From: a virus
Taxonomy: Duplodnaviria; Heunggongvirae; Uroviricota; Caudoviricetes
IMG/VR virus record: IMGVR_UViG_3300046692_000385
Direction: 5' to 3' (one strand)
Length of the DNA: 64,000 nucleotides
The notes below the pieces were generated by a model. The model had not been told where the DNA came from. It saw nothing but the letters and a program-made list of their open reading frames with translations, and ran no database searches. The translations under genes were made by a program, and so were the position numbers. Positions 26,020 to 38,443 of the stretch are shown here, one piece after another. The stretch's first letter is position 1, and the number at the start of each line of letters is the position of its first letter.

Positions 26020-27204
26020 TCAGCCGTTTGCGACCCGCGCTGCATTCACAGCCCGGTTGGTCAAATGGTCGCGCTCGGCTTGCGCCGCCAGCACGCGTGC
26101 CTGACCCTTGCTCTCGTCGCGACGATCCGCACCCAACTGGATGACCATATCGCGGCGATCGTTGAGCGCTTCCTTGCACGACTTCGCAACAGCCGCGATC
26201 GACTCAGCCTCGATCACCATCATCTTCATGGCGATCCACTTCGGATCGGTCTTGACCGCGTTCTCGACGGCCTTCTCGGTCGCCTTCTCGCCTGCTTCGA
26301 CGAACGCCTTGCGGTGGTGGTTGTAAAGCTGCGCCTCCTTGACCTCGAAGCGCGCCTTGATGGACGACGCCTGGGCTTCTGCGCGAGCCGCGACCGCACC
26401 GTGATAGGCACGCAGCGACGCCTGACTCATCATGCAGTTGTCCAGGTTCGTTTCCGTCACCTGCATTTCCGCCTTGAACTCGTCCACGTCGATGTAGTAG
26501 TCGAGTGCGGCGCGCGCCTTCTTCTTCGTGGCGGCCGCAATCGCTTCCTCGTCTTCCGCCGAGAGCGTCGGGGCGGGCGTGGGCGTGGGTGCGGGCTTCG
26601 GGGCCGGTGCGGGCTTCGCCGGTTCAGGTTCCGGCTTCGCTTTACCCATCTGGAAGGTTTTCATAGCCTCCTCCAGTTCGCTCACGTCCTGGCCGGCAGC
26701 TTTCGCCGCCGCGATCGACCTTTCGACGTGGGCTCGCTGCGCAGCGCCGATCTTAGCCATCTCGTTCCCGATGACTGCTGCCAGGTCCGGTTCGGCCGCT
26801 ACGGGCGTCGGAGCAGCTTCTTCCTGCCAGGGCGGCGTCTCGGGCGCAGCGACCGTTCCTGACGCGATTTCAGCCTCCAGAGCGGCCAGTTCGTCATCGA
26901 CGCTCGGCTCGGGTGCGGCGCTCAGCGACGCGGGCAGCACCATCGTCGTGCCATCCTCGCTCTCCATCACGACCGAGCCGCTCGGGTCTTCTTCGAGCAC
27001 GGGTTCCGGTGCGGGCTTGGTCGCTTCGACTTCATCTTCGAGGCCGTCGAGATCCTCGTCGCTCAGTTCCGGCTCAGCGGCCGGGGTGGGTGCAGGCGCG
27101 GGCTTCGCGGGCGGGGTCGCCGCGGTCGAAACACCGGTCGCCTCCTCCAGCTCTGCCATCAGGGATTCGAGTTCGTCGTCCGACACCGGAATTTCGTTTG
27201 CCAT
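26020..27204 (-). CDS. acidic hypothetical protein with Pro/Ala/Glu linker
   Basis: Start MANEIPVSDDELE at 27204 (GAGGAG RBS). Confidence 0.5.
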   Translation of the reverse strand: MANEIPVSDDELESLMAELEEATGVSTAATPPAKPAPAPTPAAEPELSDEDLDGLEDEVEATKPAPEPVLEEDPSGSVVMESEDGTTMVLPASLSAAPEPSVDDELAALEAEIASGTVAAPETPPWQEEAAPTPVAAEPDLAAVIGNEMAKIGAAQRAHVERSIAAAKAAGQDVSELEEAMKTFQMGKAKPEPEPAKPAPAPKPAPTPTPAPTLSAEDEEAIAAATKKKARAALDYYIDVDEFKAEMQVTETNLDNCMMSQASLRAYHGAVAARAEAQASSIKARFEVKEAQLYNHHRKAFVEAGEKATEKAVENAVKTDPKWIAMKMMVIEAESIAAVAKSCKEALNDRRDMVIQLGADRRDESKGQARVLAAQAERDHLTNRAVNAARVANG

Positions 27205-27272
27205 GTTTGCTCCTCGTGTTGTGTGAATTTCACTGACTGACCGCAATGATAGCGATCAGTCTTAGGGTTTGC

Positions 27273-27288
27273 TAGTCAGTTTTGACTG
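27273..27288. promoter_or_regulatory. motif TAGTCAGTTTTGACTG 9 nt after dnaE stop
   Basis: Upstream of 26020..27204. Confidence 0.5.
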
Positions 27289-27296
27289 TTGCCACT

Positions 27297-30665
<3,369 letters not shown>

Positions 30666-30703
30666 CTTGGCTCCTGTGTGTTGTTGCGCATGCGTCTATT
30701 GTT

Positions 30704-31438
30704 TCAAGCGCGCGCAGGGGATAGTTCGAGGCGACCGTCGTTTTCGACGGCAATTTGAAACCGCGTCATGATCGGCCAGGCCTGGGAGACATGCGATCCG
30801 GCCGAGCCATCGCCCCAACCGAGCTCCTGCATCAAGCGCTGCTTTAGAGCGCTTCTCGTCGTGCCACCGCTGATCAGTGCGTCGCAGACAACGCGCATAA
30901 ACTCTGGCTTGCTCTGAGCGAACGTATTCACGCCGGCCTGCAAGTCTTTGCGCATTGCGTCGATCAAACCGGCTTTGATGAATCGCGCCGCGTGCTCGGC
31001 GGCTTTCTTGGGCAAGAGCGCCAGGATCTCGGCGTCGTCGTGCGTCACCGGCATCTCCACCTTCTCGACCTTCGTCGTGCGCGCGACCGGCGTCTTCGGC
31101 AGCTCGGTGCGCTTTTCAGGAGCGGCCGCGACCACCTCGTCATCATCCTGCTCGGCCATCGCCTGGGCGACCGATGTCGCCTGCATGGCGGCAGCCTGCG
31201 CGCGCAGTGCGGGTCCAGGCATCACGCCCTGCCCCTTCCGAGCCGCAGCGTGACGGCGCAGCAAGTCCTGCACGTTGACGGTGGACTGGATCGCTTCGAG
31301 GGTCTTGAGCGAGGCGCCGGCGCAGTCATCGAACACGCCACACTGACGACAGACTTCCGAGTCGTGGCTGAAGACGCTGGCGGCGGCGTAGCACCCGGGC
31401 GCCTGGATCGGTGCGACTACTTCGGCGAAAAGCTCCAT
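30704..31438 (-). CDS. hypothetical protein
   Basis: 244-aa ORF. Confidence 0.5.
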   Translation of the reverse strand: MELFAEVVAPIQAPGCYAAASVFSHDSEVCRQCGVFDDCAGASLKTLEAIQSTVNVQDLLRRHAAARKGQGVMPGPALRAQAAAMQATSVAQAMAEQDDDEVVAAAPEKRTELPKTPVARTTKVEKVEMPVTHDDAEILALLPKKAAEHAARFIKAGLIDAMRKDLQAGVNTFAQSKPEFMRVVCDALISGGTTRSALKQRLMQELGWGDGSAGSHVSQAWPIMTRFQIAVENDGRLELSPARA

Positions 31439-31448
31439 GCTGAATTCC

Positions 31449-32102
31449 TTACAGTGTGTCGATGATGTGCCGCACTTCCCGGCCGGCAGCGGCGATGTCT
31501 TTGTGGCTGAGTTCCGGCGACACGAGCCGCAGGAACTTGCAGATGAAGGAGATGTTCACGCCCGCGCCGTTGCGACAGGCGACGCCGAGACTGCGGCTGT
31601 GATTCGCGTAGGCTTCGTGCTTGGCGATCTCAGCGAGCAGCGCCGGCGGCGGGCTCACGACCCACTCGACGATCAGGCGAGCGATCGGGCTCAAGCCATC
31701 GGTCAGCTTCCCAATCGCGGCGGCCGCTTCCTGGCGCTGCTCGAGGAACTGCTCCGGGGTCTTGGCGTCGCTTGCGATCCGCTCGACTGCGGCCATGTCC
31801 TCGTCGGTCGTCAGCTCCTCGAAGCTGCGCACGCCGTTCTCGATGCGCTCCTCCTGGACGATTGCGGCGACGCGGCCGATCTTGTTGAAGGCGGCGCGGC
31901 CAAAATACGTGCAAAACTCAAAACCCTGTTCCGGGTCGAACTTGGCGTGTGCTGCGAGAAACGCCTCACGGACGTCGCCAAACACGTCGTCGTAGTCCAG
32001 CGAGGCGCCCATCCCCTGGAGTCGTCCGTAGCACTTGCGTGCTACCTGATGGACGAACCCCAGGTTGCCCGCATAGCACTCTGCTGCGTCAGTGCTATAC
32101 AT
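31449..32102 (-). CDS. sigma-70 family (ECF-like) sigma factor
   Basis: Region-2-like ECYAGNLGFVHQVARKCYG ... YFGRAAFNKIGR and C-terminal HTH LSPIARLIVEWV. Confidence 0.5.
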   Translation of the reverse strand: MYSTDAAECYAGNLGFVHQVARKCYGRLQGMGASLDYDDVFGDVREAFLAAHAKFDPEQGFEFCTYFGRAAFNKIGRVAAIVQEERIENGVRSFEELTTDEDMAAVERIASDAKTPEQFLEQRQEAAAAIGKLTDGLSPIARLIVEWVVSPPPALLAEIAKHEAYANHSRSLGVACRNGAGVNISFICKFLRLVSPELSHKDIAAAGREVRHIIDTL

Positions 32103-32108
32103 GGCGAC

Positions 32109-33302
32109 TTACCCGAAAATTCTTTGGGCAAGGCCATCGACGACCTCACGGTCGATCTTGGACAGCTTGTTGATGAAGGAGAGTTGAATCCCCTGGCGCC
32201 ACGAGCCACGCTTCACGCCGATCTTCGCTGCGTAGATCAGGGTGCGCGGCGAAATCACGTCGCTGATCTTGGCACCGTCATACGACTCGCGAACCAGAGC
32301 GGCGAAGTCCACGAGCTTGTCGGCGTCGTCAGCACGCAGCCCGCAGCGCTTTTGCAGGATCAGGCTCTCGAACTTCTTCTGCATGTATTGCTTGTGGATG
32401 ACCATGCCGAAGCGGTCGTAGTTGGCGCTGTTTTGCAGCGACGTGCCCTGATAGAGCCCCGTCTCGTCGCCCGAGCCGTTGGTGTTGCCGGTCGCGGCGA
32501 ACCGGAAGTTCGGGTGCGGCTTGATGATGCGGTTCGCGGCGTCCGCTTCCTTGATGACGAGCGGCTTGCCTTCGAGCACGGCCTGATAGACCGAGAGGAC
32601 CGACGGCAGCGTGAAGTCGTATTCGTCGGCAGCGTAGACCCAACCGTGCAGCATCGCGAGCGGCAGCGGCCCGAGTTCGAATTCGGTCGATCCGCCCTTC
32701 ACCGTCCACTGACCGACGATGTGGCTTTCTTCCGTGTTGACCGTGTGCTGGACGCGGATCATCGCGCGCCCGGTGCGTGCGCAGATTTGCTCGTAGAGCT
32801 CCGACTTGCCCGAGCCCTTGTGACCCCAGACGTAGGTCGGGATGTTGAGCTCCAGCGCGAGGATGACGTTCTTCAGTTCATCCACGTCGTAGACGTAATC
32901 GTCGGAGATGGTCGGCACCATATCCGGGTGCGTCGGCTCGGTGATCACGCTGATCGGGATCGCCTCTTTCTTCGTGGAGAGCGCGGCCGGGATCTTGCCC
33001 AGACCGAACACTTCGTGAAACGCAGCGCGCGTCGGCGTGCCCTTCGGCATGAGTGCCGTCACGCTTGCGAGTGCTGCACCACCGGTGCCTGCCATCTCGA
33101 CCGGGAGCGGTGCGCCCGCTGCCTTCTTTTCTTCGGCCTTCTTCTTCAGTTGGGCGATGGCGAGGTCCGAGAGGGTCGGCGCGTCGGGGAACTGCGCCTG
33201 GTATTCCTCGATGCTCGTTTCCGGGTGGTCGGCCTTCAGGTGGGCCTTCATCACGTGGACGTGCGCACCGCAGATTTTGCATTCGATTTTGGCGTCGCTC
33301 AT
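32109..33302 (-). CDS. CobS-like AAA+ ATPase with N-terminal C2H2-like zinc finger
   Basis: CKICGAHVHVMKAHLKADH; Walker A GHKGSGKS; MoxR/CobS topology; paired with downstream vWA protein. Confidence 0.6.
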   Translation of the reverse strand: MSDAKIECKICGAHVHVMKAHLKADHPETSIEEYQAQFPDAPTLSDLAIAQLKKKAEEKKAAGAPLPVEMAGTGGAALASVTALMPKGTPTRAAFHEVFGLGKIPAALSTKKEAIPISVITEPTHPDMVPTISDDYVYDVDELKNVILALELNIPTYVWGHKGSGKSELYEQICARTGRAMIRVQHTVNTEESHIVGQWTVKGGSTEFELGPLPLAMLHGWVYAADEYDFTLPSVLSVYQAVLEGKPLVIKEADAANRIIKPHPNFRFAATGNTNGSGDETGLYQGTSLQNSANYDRFGMVIHKQYMQKKFESLILQKRCGLRADDADKLVDFAALVRESYDGAKISDVISPRTLIYAAKIGVKRGSWRQGIQLSFINKLSKIDREVVDGLAQRIFG

Positions 33303-33391
33303 GGATTCTTCTCCGTTTAGTGGTGAGTTCTTACTGAGTGCAGCAACGTTGCTGCGATATGAGAATGATAATGTCGCTTGTTCGGGAACGC

Positions 33392-33407
33392 TAGTCAGTA
33401 ATGACTG
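33392..33407. promoter_or_regulatory. motif TAGTCAGTAATGACTG inside 38-bp extended palindrome TTCGGGAAC...GTTCCCGAA
   Basis: Upstream of CobS-like gene. Confidence 0.5.
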
Positions 33408-33427
33408 TTCCCGAACAAAAACAACAA

Positions 33428-35410
33428 TTACCCGATCAAGAGCTGGCGCAGCTCCTTCATGACCCGGGCAGGCAGCTCAGTCACGTCGTTCAGGACCATG
33501 TGGCGGTTGTAGAACTTGGTCACTTCCATCGACTCGATGCCGATGCCGACGACGCGCACACCCGCCTTCTCGATGCCCTCGATCTGCTCCTTCAGGTGAT
33601 GGCGCAGCTCCGAACCGCCCTTGTAGCAGGCCGGTGCTCCGTCGGAGAGGACGATCATGATCTTGCCCGCTTCGCGCCGAGCCATCAGGCGTCGTGCGGC
33701 GATGGCGATCGACTCCCCGTCGACGTTGTTCGCCAGGTGCCCGGAGTGCGGCAACCAGCCGAAGCGGCTCTTGACTTCAGTGGACGTCATGCGCTCGTTG
33801 AACTGTTTCAAGATCGGCATGTAGAGGCTCTCAACCCGCGAGAAGTGACCCTTGCCCTTGAGCAGCGCCTCTTCCTTCTCGATGCGCTCCCAGATACCGG
33901 ACGGCAGCCCGCCAGTGGTGAAGCAGATCACCTCGCACTTGATATTGATCCGGTCCAGCACCGATGCGAGGGCATACGCGGCCTTCGCGGCGGTGTGGAT
34001 CTTCGAGCCGCCCATCGAGCCCGACATGTCGACGACCAGCTCCACCGCGACGTCTTTGGAGGTCGACTCGTGTTTCTTGCGGAATACGCGCGTGTCACCG
34101 ACCGCCAAGCGCGAGAGATTGCCCGAGTGCATGCGCCCCGAGCGCCGGCCGTTCTCCCACACCGAGAGCGAGCGGGCGGAAATCGCGCGCTCCAGGTCTT
34201 TCTGCAGCGGCGCGACCATGTGGTCGACCGCATCGGCCATGTTCTTGACCATGCTCGCGTTGAAGCCCGCACCGATCTTGAGCGGCTCCACGAGGTCGTC
34301 GTCCTTCGAGAAGACCAGGTAGTTCGACTTGCGAGCCGCCTCGACCGCTTCGTTGGTGATCAGGTTGCTCATGGCTTCGTCGAAGCCGTTGGCGATTTCC
34401 TTGTTGAGCGCTTCGAAGAAGCCCGACGAGCTGCCGTCGGTCGAGGATTCGTTGTCCTCGTCCTCGTCGCTCTCGTCCTCGTCGCCTTCGCCGGCAGCAG
34501 CGCCCTCCTCGCCCTCGTCCTTCTCGTCGTCGCTTTCGTCGCCCTCTTCGCCTTCGCCCTCGTCCTTCTCGTCGTCTTCGTCCTTCTCGCCCTTGCCCTT
34601 GCCCGAGCCGCCCTTCTCTTCCTCCTCGTCCTTCTCTTCTTCCTCGTCGCCTTCTTCGCTCGACGAGCCACCGCTCTTGCCGCCCTTCGGTTTCGCACCG
34701 TGCTTGGCAGGAGCGGGCTTCGCCTTCTTCGGCTTCGGGGCACCGGGACCAGCGCCACCGCTACCGCCCGGTGTGCCGAGTGCGTCGAGCACTTCCTTCG
34801 CGATGGCGATTGCGTCGGTGGTGCTCGCGCAGTGTTCGATTTGCTTTTGCAGGTGCGCGATCTTGGCAACCTCGTCGGCGACCGCGGCTTCCATGTCGGG
34901 GTGATTCGACATGAACTCCTTGAAAATCTGCTGTCCAGCGAGCGCGCGGATCGCCGGGACCATCACCGACGCCTTCACGCCGTTGACGTCGCCCTTCTTG
35001 GCGGCGGCCGCGACCGTCGGCTTCGTGTATTTGTCGAGGAAGAACTTGCCCGTCACCGAAATGTTGTGGCCCGAGCCGGTGAAGCGCTGCGCCATCGCCT
35101 TTTCGATCCGGGCGTCTTCGATCAGGTTGACCATGCTGTGGAGCGTCGGGTCGGTGATCTTGCCCATCGCCTTGAAGTCGGTGAACAGGATGTGCGCGAC
35201 TTCGTGGTCGAGAAAGCCCTGGATCGCGTCGCACAGTTCGTGGCTGGCGCTATCCGGGATGAACGGCAGGTTCACGCGCTTCGGCTCACCGTCGGCGCCC
35301 GATTCCACATAGGCTTGCACGCCTTGCTGCGTGACCAAGATGCCCTTACCGGCGAGCATTTGCGTGAGCTTCACGACCGCCTCACGCATTACTGCTACAC
35401 GTTCATTCAT
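33428..35410 (-). CDS. CobT-like vWA-domain protein with long acidic low-complexity insert
   Basis: MIDAS VVDMSGSMGGS; ~100-aa Gly/Glu/Asp/Lys-rich insert. Confidence 0.6.
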   Translation of the reverse strand: MNERVAVMREAVVKLTQMLAGKGILVTQQGVQAYVESGADGEPKRVNLPFIPDSASHELCDAIQGFLDHEVAHILFTDFKAMGKITDPTLHSMVNLIEDARIEKAMAQRFTGSGHNISVTGKFFLDKYTKPTVAAAAKKGDVNGVKASVMVPAIRALAGQQIFKEFMSNHPDMEAAVADEVAKIAHLQKQIEHCASTTDAIAIAKEVLDALGTPGGSGGAGPGAPKPKKAKPAPAKHGAKPKGGKSGGSSSEEGDEEEEKDEEEEKGGSGKGKGEKDEDDEKDEGEGEEGDESDDEKDEGEEGAAAGEGDEDESDEDEDNESSTDGSSSGFFEALNKEIANGFDEAMSNLITNEAVEAARKSNYLVFSKDDDLVEPLKIGAGFNASMVKNMADAVDHMVAPLQKDLERAISARSLSVWENGRRSGRMHSGNLSRLAVGDTRVFRKKHESTSKDVAVELVVDMSGSMGGSKIHTAAKAAYALASVLDRINIKCEVICFTTGGLPSGIWERIEKEEALLKGKGHFSRVESLYMPILKQFNERMTSTEVKSRFGWLPHSGHLANNVDGESIAIAARRLMARREAGKIMIVLSDGAPACYKGGSELRHHLKEQIEGIEKAGVRVVGIGIESMEVTKFYNRHMVLNDVTELPARVMKELRQLLIG

Positions 35411-35432
35411 TCGAATTCCCCTCTTGTGTGTG

Positions 35433-35447
35433 TGTCAATAGTGACTG
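35433..35447. promoter_or_regulatory. variant motif TGTCAATAGTGACTG (operator-position copy)
   Basis: Lies after candidate -10 TAGAAT upstream of CobT-like gene. Confidence 0.4.
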
Positions 35448-35486
35448 AACAAACGTAATTCTAGAGAACGATCTCAGGGTGTGCAA

Positions 35487-35502
35487 CAGTCATTATTGAC
35501 TA
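35487..35502. promoter_or_regulatory. motif CAGTCATTATTGACTA abutting TTGCAC-N17-TAGAAT
   Basis: Candidate sigma-70-like promoter for CobT-like gene. Confidence 0.5.
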
Positions 35503-35559
35503 CCTGCACAGGCAAACAAAAAGCGGCCGAAGCCGCTTTCCGATGCTACGGGCGAGGGA

Positions 35560-35787
35560 CTAGCAGAGGCTGATGAGCGCGGTGGCCCCTGAGTCAGTGC
35601 TGATCAACAACATCAGGCCGAGCGTGGGGTGCAGGACCTTGTTGATCATTGCCGAGCCGAGGTCCATGCGACTGACCTGCGCGCCTTGCTCCATATAGTC
35701 CACGTATTGATCCTGCTCGATCATGCTGCCCAGTTGTGCCATCGAAATTCCCTCTTGCTGCGCGACCGCGCTTTGACCCGTCAACAT
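35560..35787 (-). CDS. hypothetical small protein
   Basis: 75-aa ORF, lower-GC island. Confidence 0.3.
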   Translation of the reverse strand: MLTGQSAVAQQEGISMAQLGSMIEQDQYVDYMEQGAQVSRMDLGSAMINKVLHPTLGLMLLISTDSGATALISLC

Positions 35788-35839
35788 CGTATTGAACTCC
35801 CGAAAGTTTTATTCAGTTTGATTCGCTGCTGAAACATTA

Positions 35840-35855
35840 TAGTCAGTGCTGACTA
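35840..35855. promoter_or_regulatory. perfect-arm motif TAGTCAGTGCTGACTA in divergent regulatory region
   Basis: First of a cluster of AGTCAG / CTGACT half-sites (35840-36065) ending with TGACTAGCTATAAT before HTH gene 36073. Confidence 0.5.
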
Positions 35856-36072
35856 TTTTTCACACAATTTATCGTCTTTTCTTAGCCACGCGGGATTGCG
35901 CGGTCGGTAAAAATGTATAGAATCCAAGACATAGGGAGTGTTCGTCAGTGCTGACACACGGGTATAGACGAGCGCCGTCCCACCAAGTCAGTCAATGATT
36001 ACTATCTGACTAGCTATAATCGATTCGAACAGAGTTACCGGGGCCGTCCCGCAGTCAGATAAGGAGAAAAAC

Positions 36073-36495
36073 ATGACCACGAAGAAGCAGCACAAAGAAG
36101 CCATGAGCGTCGCCGAATACTTCGACGCCCAGGTCAACCTACGCCAGATGACGCTCGCTCAGTTGAGCAAGGACATTGGGGGCGTGCTCAAGCCAAACAT
36201 GTTGTCGATGATTCGAGCGGGCCACACAAAGGTGCCGCTGATTCACGTAGGCCGCATTGCCCGAGCGCTCGGCATCGACCCGATGTTTCTGATGAAGATG
36301 GCGCTGCAGGAATACCAACCGGACAACTGGAAGGCGATTCAGGAAGTGTTCGGCGACCAGCCGGTGCTGACCCGCAATGAGATTGCCCTCATCAACGCGA
36401 TCCGCGAAGCCAACCCGAACAATCCGCGACTCAACGACGCGGACGCCGAAAAGTTCGCGAAGGTGGTGGCAACGTTGCATGGCGATAACGAGTGA
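36073..36495 (+). CDS. XRE-family HTH transcriptional regulator
   Basis: MTLAQLSKDIGGVLKPNMLSMIRAGHTKVP HTH; upstream 230 bp packed with motif half-sites; AAGGAGAAAAAC RBS. Confidence 0.6.
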   Translation: MTTKKQHKEAMSVAEYFDAQVNLRQMTLAQLSKDIGGVLKPNMLSMIRAGHTKVPLIHVGRIARALGIDPMFLMKMALQEYQPDNWKAIQEVFGDQPVLTRNEIALINAIREANPNNPRLNDADAEKFAKVVATLHGDNE

Positions 36496-36529
36496 AGTCG
36501 ATTTCATAGCGGCACGAGCAGCAAACTGG

Positions 36530-36554
36530 AAGCACCCTTCGGGGTGCTTTTTTT
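36530..36554 (+). terminator. rho-independent terminator
   Basis: GCACCC-uucg-GGGUGC followed by UUUUUUU. Confidence 0.6.
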
Positions 36555-36722
36555 ACGCCTGAACATTCAGGGGTTGGGCTCGGGACTGTATATCCATACA
36601 GTGTCGAGCCAGTGAGGAGATTGTAGGATCAAAGACAACGAAAGACAACCACTAGTTGCCATTTTGTTAGTGAATGTTTCAGAGCCTGTGACGAAAATCA
36701 CACAGCCCCAATCTGGCAGAAT

Positions 36723-37400
36723 TTACCTGATCGCCGCCGAATCCTTTAAGCTACGGCGGTCCGACCGTGTAATAACGCCCACAACACGGATCGGTTGGCC
36801 GAACGTGTCCTTGAAAACCTCGAATACTCCCTCTAGGTTTACCCCTATGTCACGCTTGTGTTCACCCTCGAAAAATACACGTGTCAATCCTTCTTGAAGC
36901 ATGCGATTGTAAAGTGCATCAACCACGGGTTTATTCTTTTCTGACAATAGGGCGCGGAAGTTTTCATGCGTTGCTTCCATACCAGGGGGTGCACAGAGGT
37001 GCTCACGTGCTAACGGACTCCAGTGGCAAACACCCGTTAGCAGGTTTTCCTCGATCACCCCGGCGTCTAATAGATTGATGGCAATGTGGAGGCGTCGTTC
37101 GCTGGCGATACAAGCTTCTAAGTAGGCTCGCCTCTTCTGAGCAAAGGCGTCATCAGGCTCTGGCTGCACTGAACGTAGTGCCTCATCCCCGTAACCTAAC
37201 CAGACCCAATTGACGTCCAAGTATTTGGAGACATCTCTCAAGCTCTTGTAATTTATTGCCCCACCCTTCAACCACTTTCCGACAGCTTGCGGAGATACTC
37301 CAATCGCTCTGGACAAAGATGCGGCAGTCTCTTGCTTGGCTTCTAGAAGCGAGCGTAGTCGTTCTGGGAAAGTGGCCTCTTTCTCAGTGGCGTTGGTCAC
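36723..37400 (-). CDS. HTH (XRE/cI-like) regulator with uncharacterised C-terminal domain
   Basis: N-terminal LRSLLEAKQETAASLSRAIGVSPQAVGKWLKGG. Confidence 0.5.
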   Translation of the reverse strand: MTNATEKEATFPERLRSLLEAKQETAASLSRAIGVSPQAVGKWLKGGAINYKSLRDVSKYLDVNWVWLGYGDEALRSVQPEPDDAFAQKRRAYLEACIASERRLHIAINLLDAGVIEENLLTGVCHWSPLAREHLCAPPGMEATHENFRALLSEKNKPVVDALYNRMLQEGLTRVFFEGEHKRDIGVNLEGVFEVFKDTFGQPIRVVGVITRSDRRSLKDSAAIR

Positions 37401-37658
37401 AGCTTCATCCTTTATTGTTCTCTCAACACGTTTGGCTTCACTACTATAGGGATAGTGATATTACTGTAACTAAATACACTTAAAAGCACTTTGGTATAAC
37501 GTGCTTTTTGTTTTTTGTCTGATAGATTCTACCCTCAGTTGGTGCACTGGAAGATCGCACGCTCCCGAGGTTGCCCTCTATATAACAATTCCCATATCTC
37601 GTTAAATCCCGAGCATTATAGAAAGCCAACTATTAGCGCACCCACCTTGCTTGCTACG

Positions 37659-37698
37659 TTGGTATTTTGGTATCTAGATACCTTGGTATCTTGGTATG
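37659..37698. repeat. candidate partition (centromere-like) site: TTGGTAT heptads around 14-bp palindrome GGTATCTAGATACC
   Basis: Four TTGGTAT copies within 40 bp plus a fifth near 37487, ~100 bp upstream of parA in AT-rich spacer. Confidence 0.4.
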
Positions 37699-37787
37699 AA
37701 GCAAGATGGCACACTTGAGAAGTTACTTGAAGACGAGCCATGTATGAATTAGGCTATGGACAAAACTTGTGATGGAGAGGGCAATCT

Positions 37788-38441
37788 ATGTCCGTTGTTA
37801 TGGTGGGAACTGAGAAGGGAGGTGTGGGCAAATCTACCTTTACACAGAACTTGGCTTCTATCCGCGCATCGCTCAAACGGCGAGTCGCCGTGTTCGACCT
37901 GGACGGGCAGAACAGCACGGCGAAGTGGGCTTCGCGTCGGGCCGATAATCCCGCCCTGGCGCCGGTCCACGTCGAGCGGTGGGAGCCGCGAACGCCGATC
38001 ACGAAGGAAGAGTTTGGCGCCGTCATCGCGCGCCTGATTGACACCTACGACGACGTTTTTATCGATGTCGGTGGGCGTGATTCGGACGGCTTTCAATGGG
38101 GCTTAGGCGTCGCTGACCGGGTGATTGCACCGCTCGTGCCGTCGCAGATGGACCTAGACACTGTGCCCGATCTTCACGCTCTCGTTGGCACCTATGCGAA
38201 GAAAATTAACCTGAGTGTGGTGCTCAATATGGCCGACAAACGCAAGCGATTCACGAAGGCGATGGTGCAGAAAATGGAGCCCTACGCCGATCGTCTCCCG
38301 CTCATGAGTCACATGGTCGCGCCGCGAGAAAGCTACAAATTCGCCAACGCTCAGGGCAGGGGAGTGGGCGAGCTTTCGGGTTCCGAGTGGGATGCCAGTG
38401 CGGCCAACGAAATGAAAGACCTATATTTGGGAACGTTCTAA
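37788..38441 (+). CDS. parA: ParA-family partition ATPase
   Basis: Deviant Walker A KGGVGKST; GGAGAGGG RBS. Confidence 0.8.
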   Translation: MSVVMVGTEKGGVGKSTFTQNLASIRASLKRRVAVFDLDGQNSTAKWASRRADNPALAPVHVERWEPRTPITKEEFGAVIARLIDTYDDVFIDVGGRDSDGFQWGLGVADRVIAPLVPSQMDLDTVPDLHALVGTYAKKINLSVVLNMADKRKRFTKAMVQKMEPYADRLPLMSHMVAPRESYKFANAQGRGVGELSGSEWDASAANEMKDLYLGTF

Positions 38442-38443
38442 TC

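Noticed and set aside
31449-32102. Possibility that the sigma factor alone explains the palindromic motif
   Set aside because: Sigma-70-family promoters are asymmetric -35/-10 elements. A symmetric dyad with variable placement, including paired copies and copies overlapping RBS or start codons, fits a dimeric HTH regulator better.
36577-36610. 34-bp imperfect palindrome GGCTCGGGACTGTATATCCATACAGTGTCGAGCC between the convergent HTH genes
   Set aside because: Could be a bidirectional terminator or an additional operator. There is no U-tract, and it differs from the main motif family. It is left unassigned.
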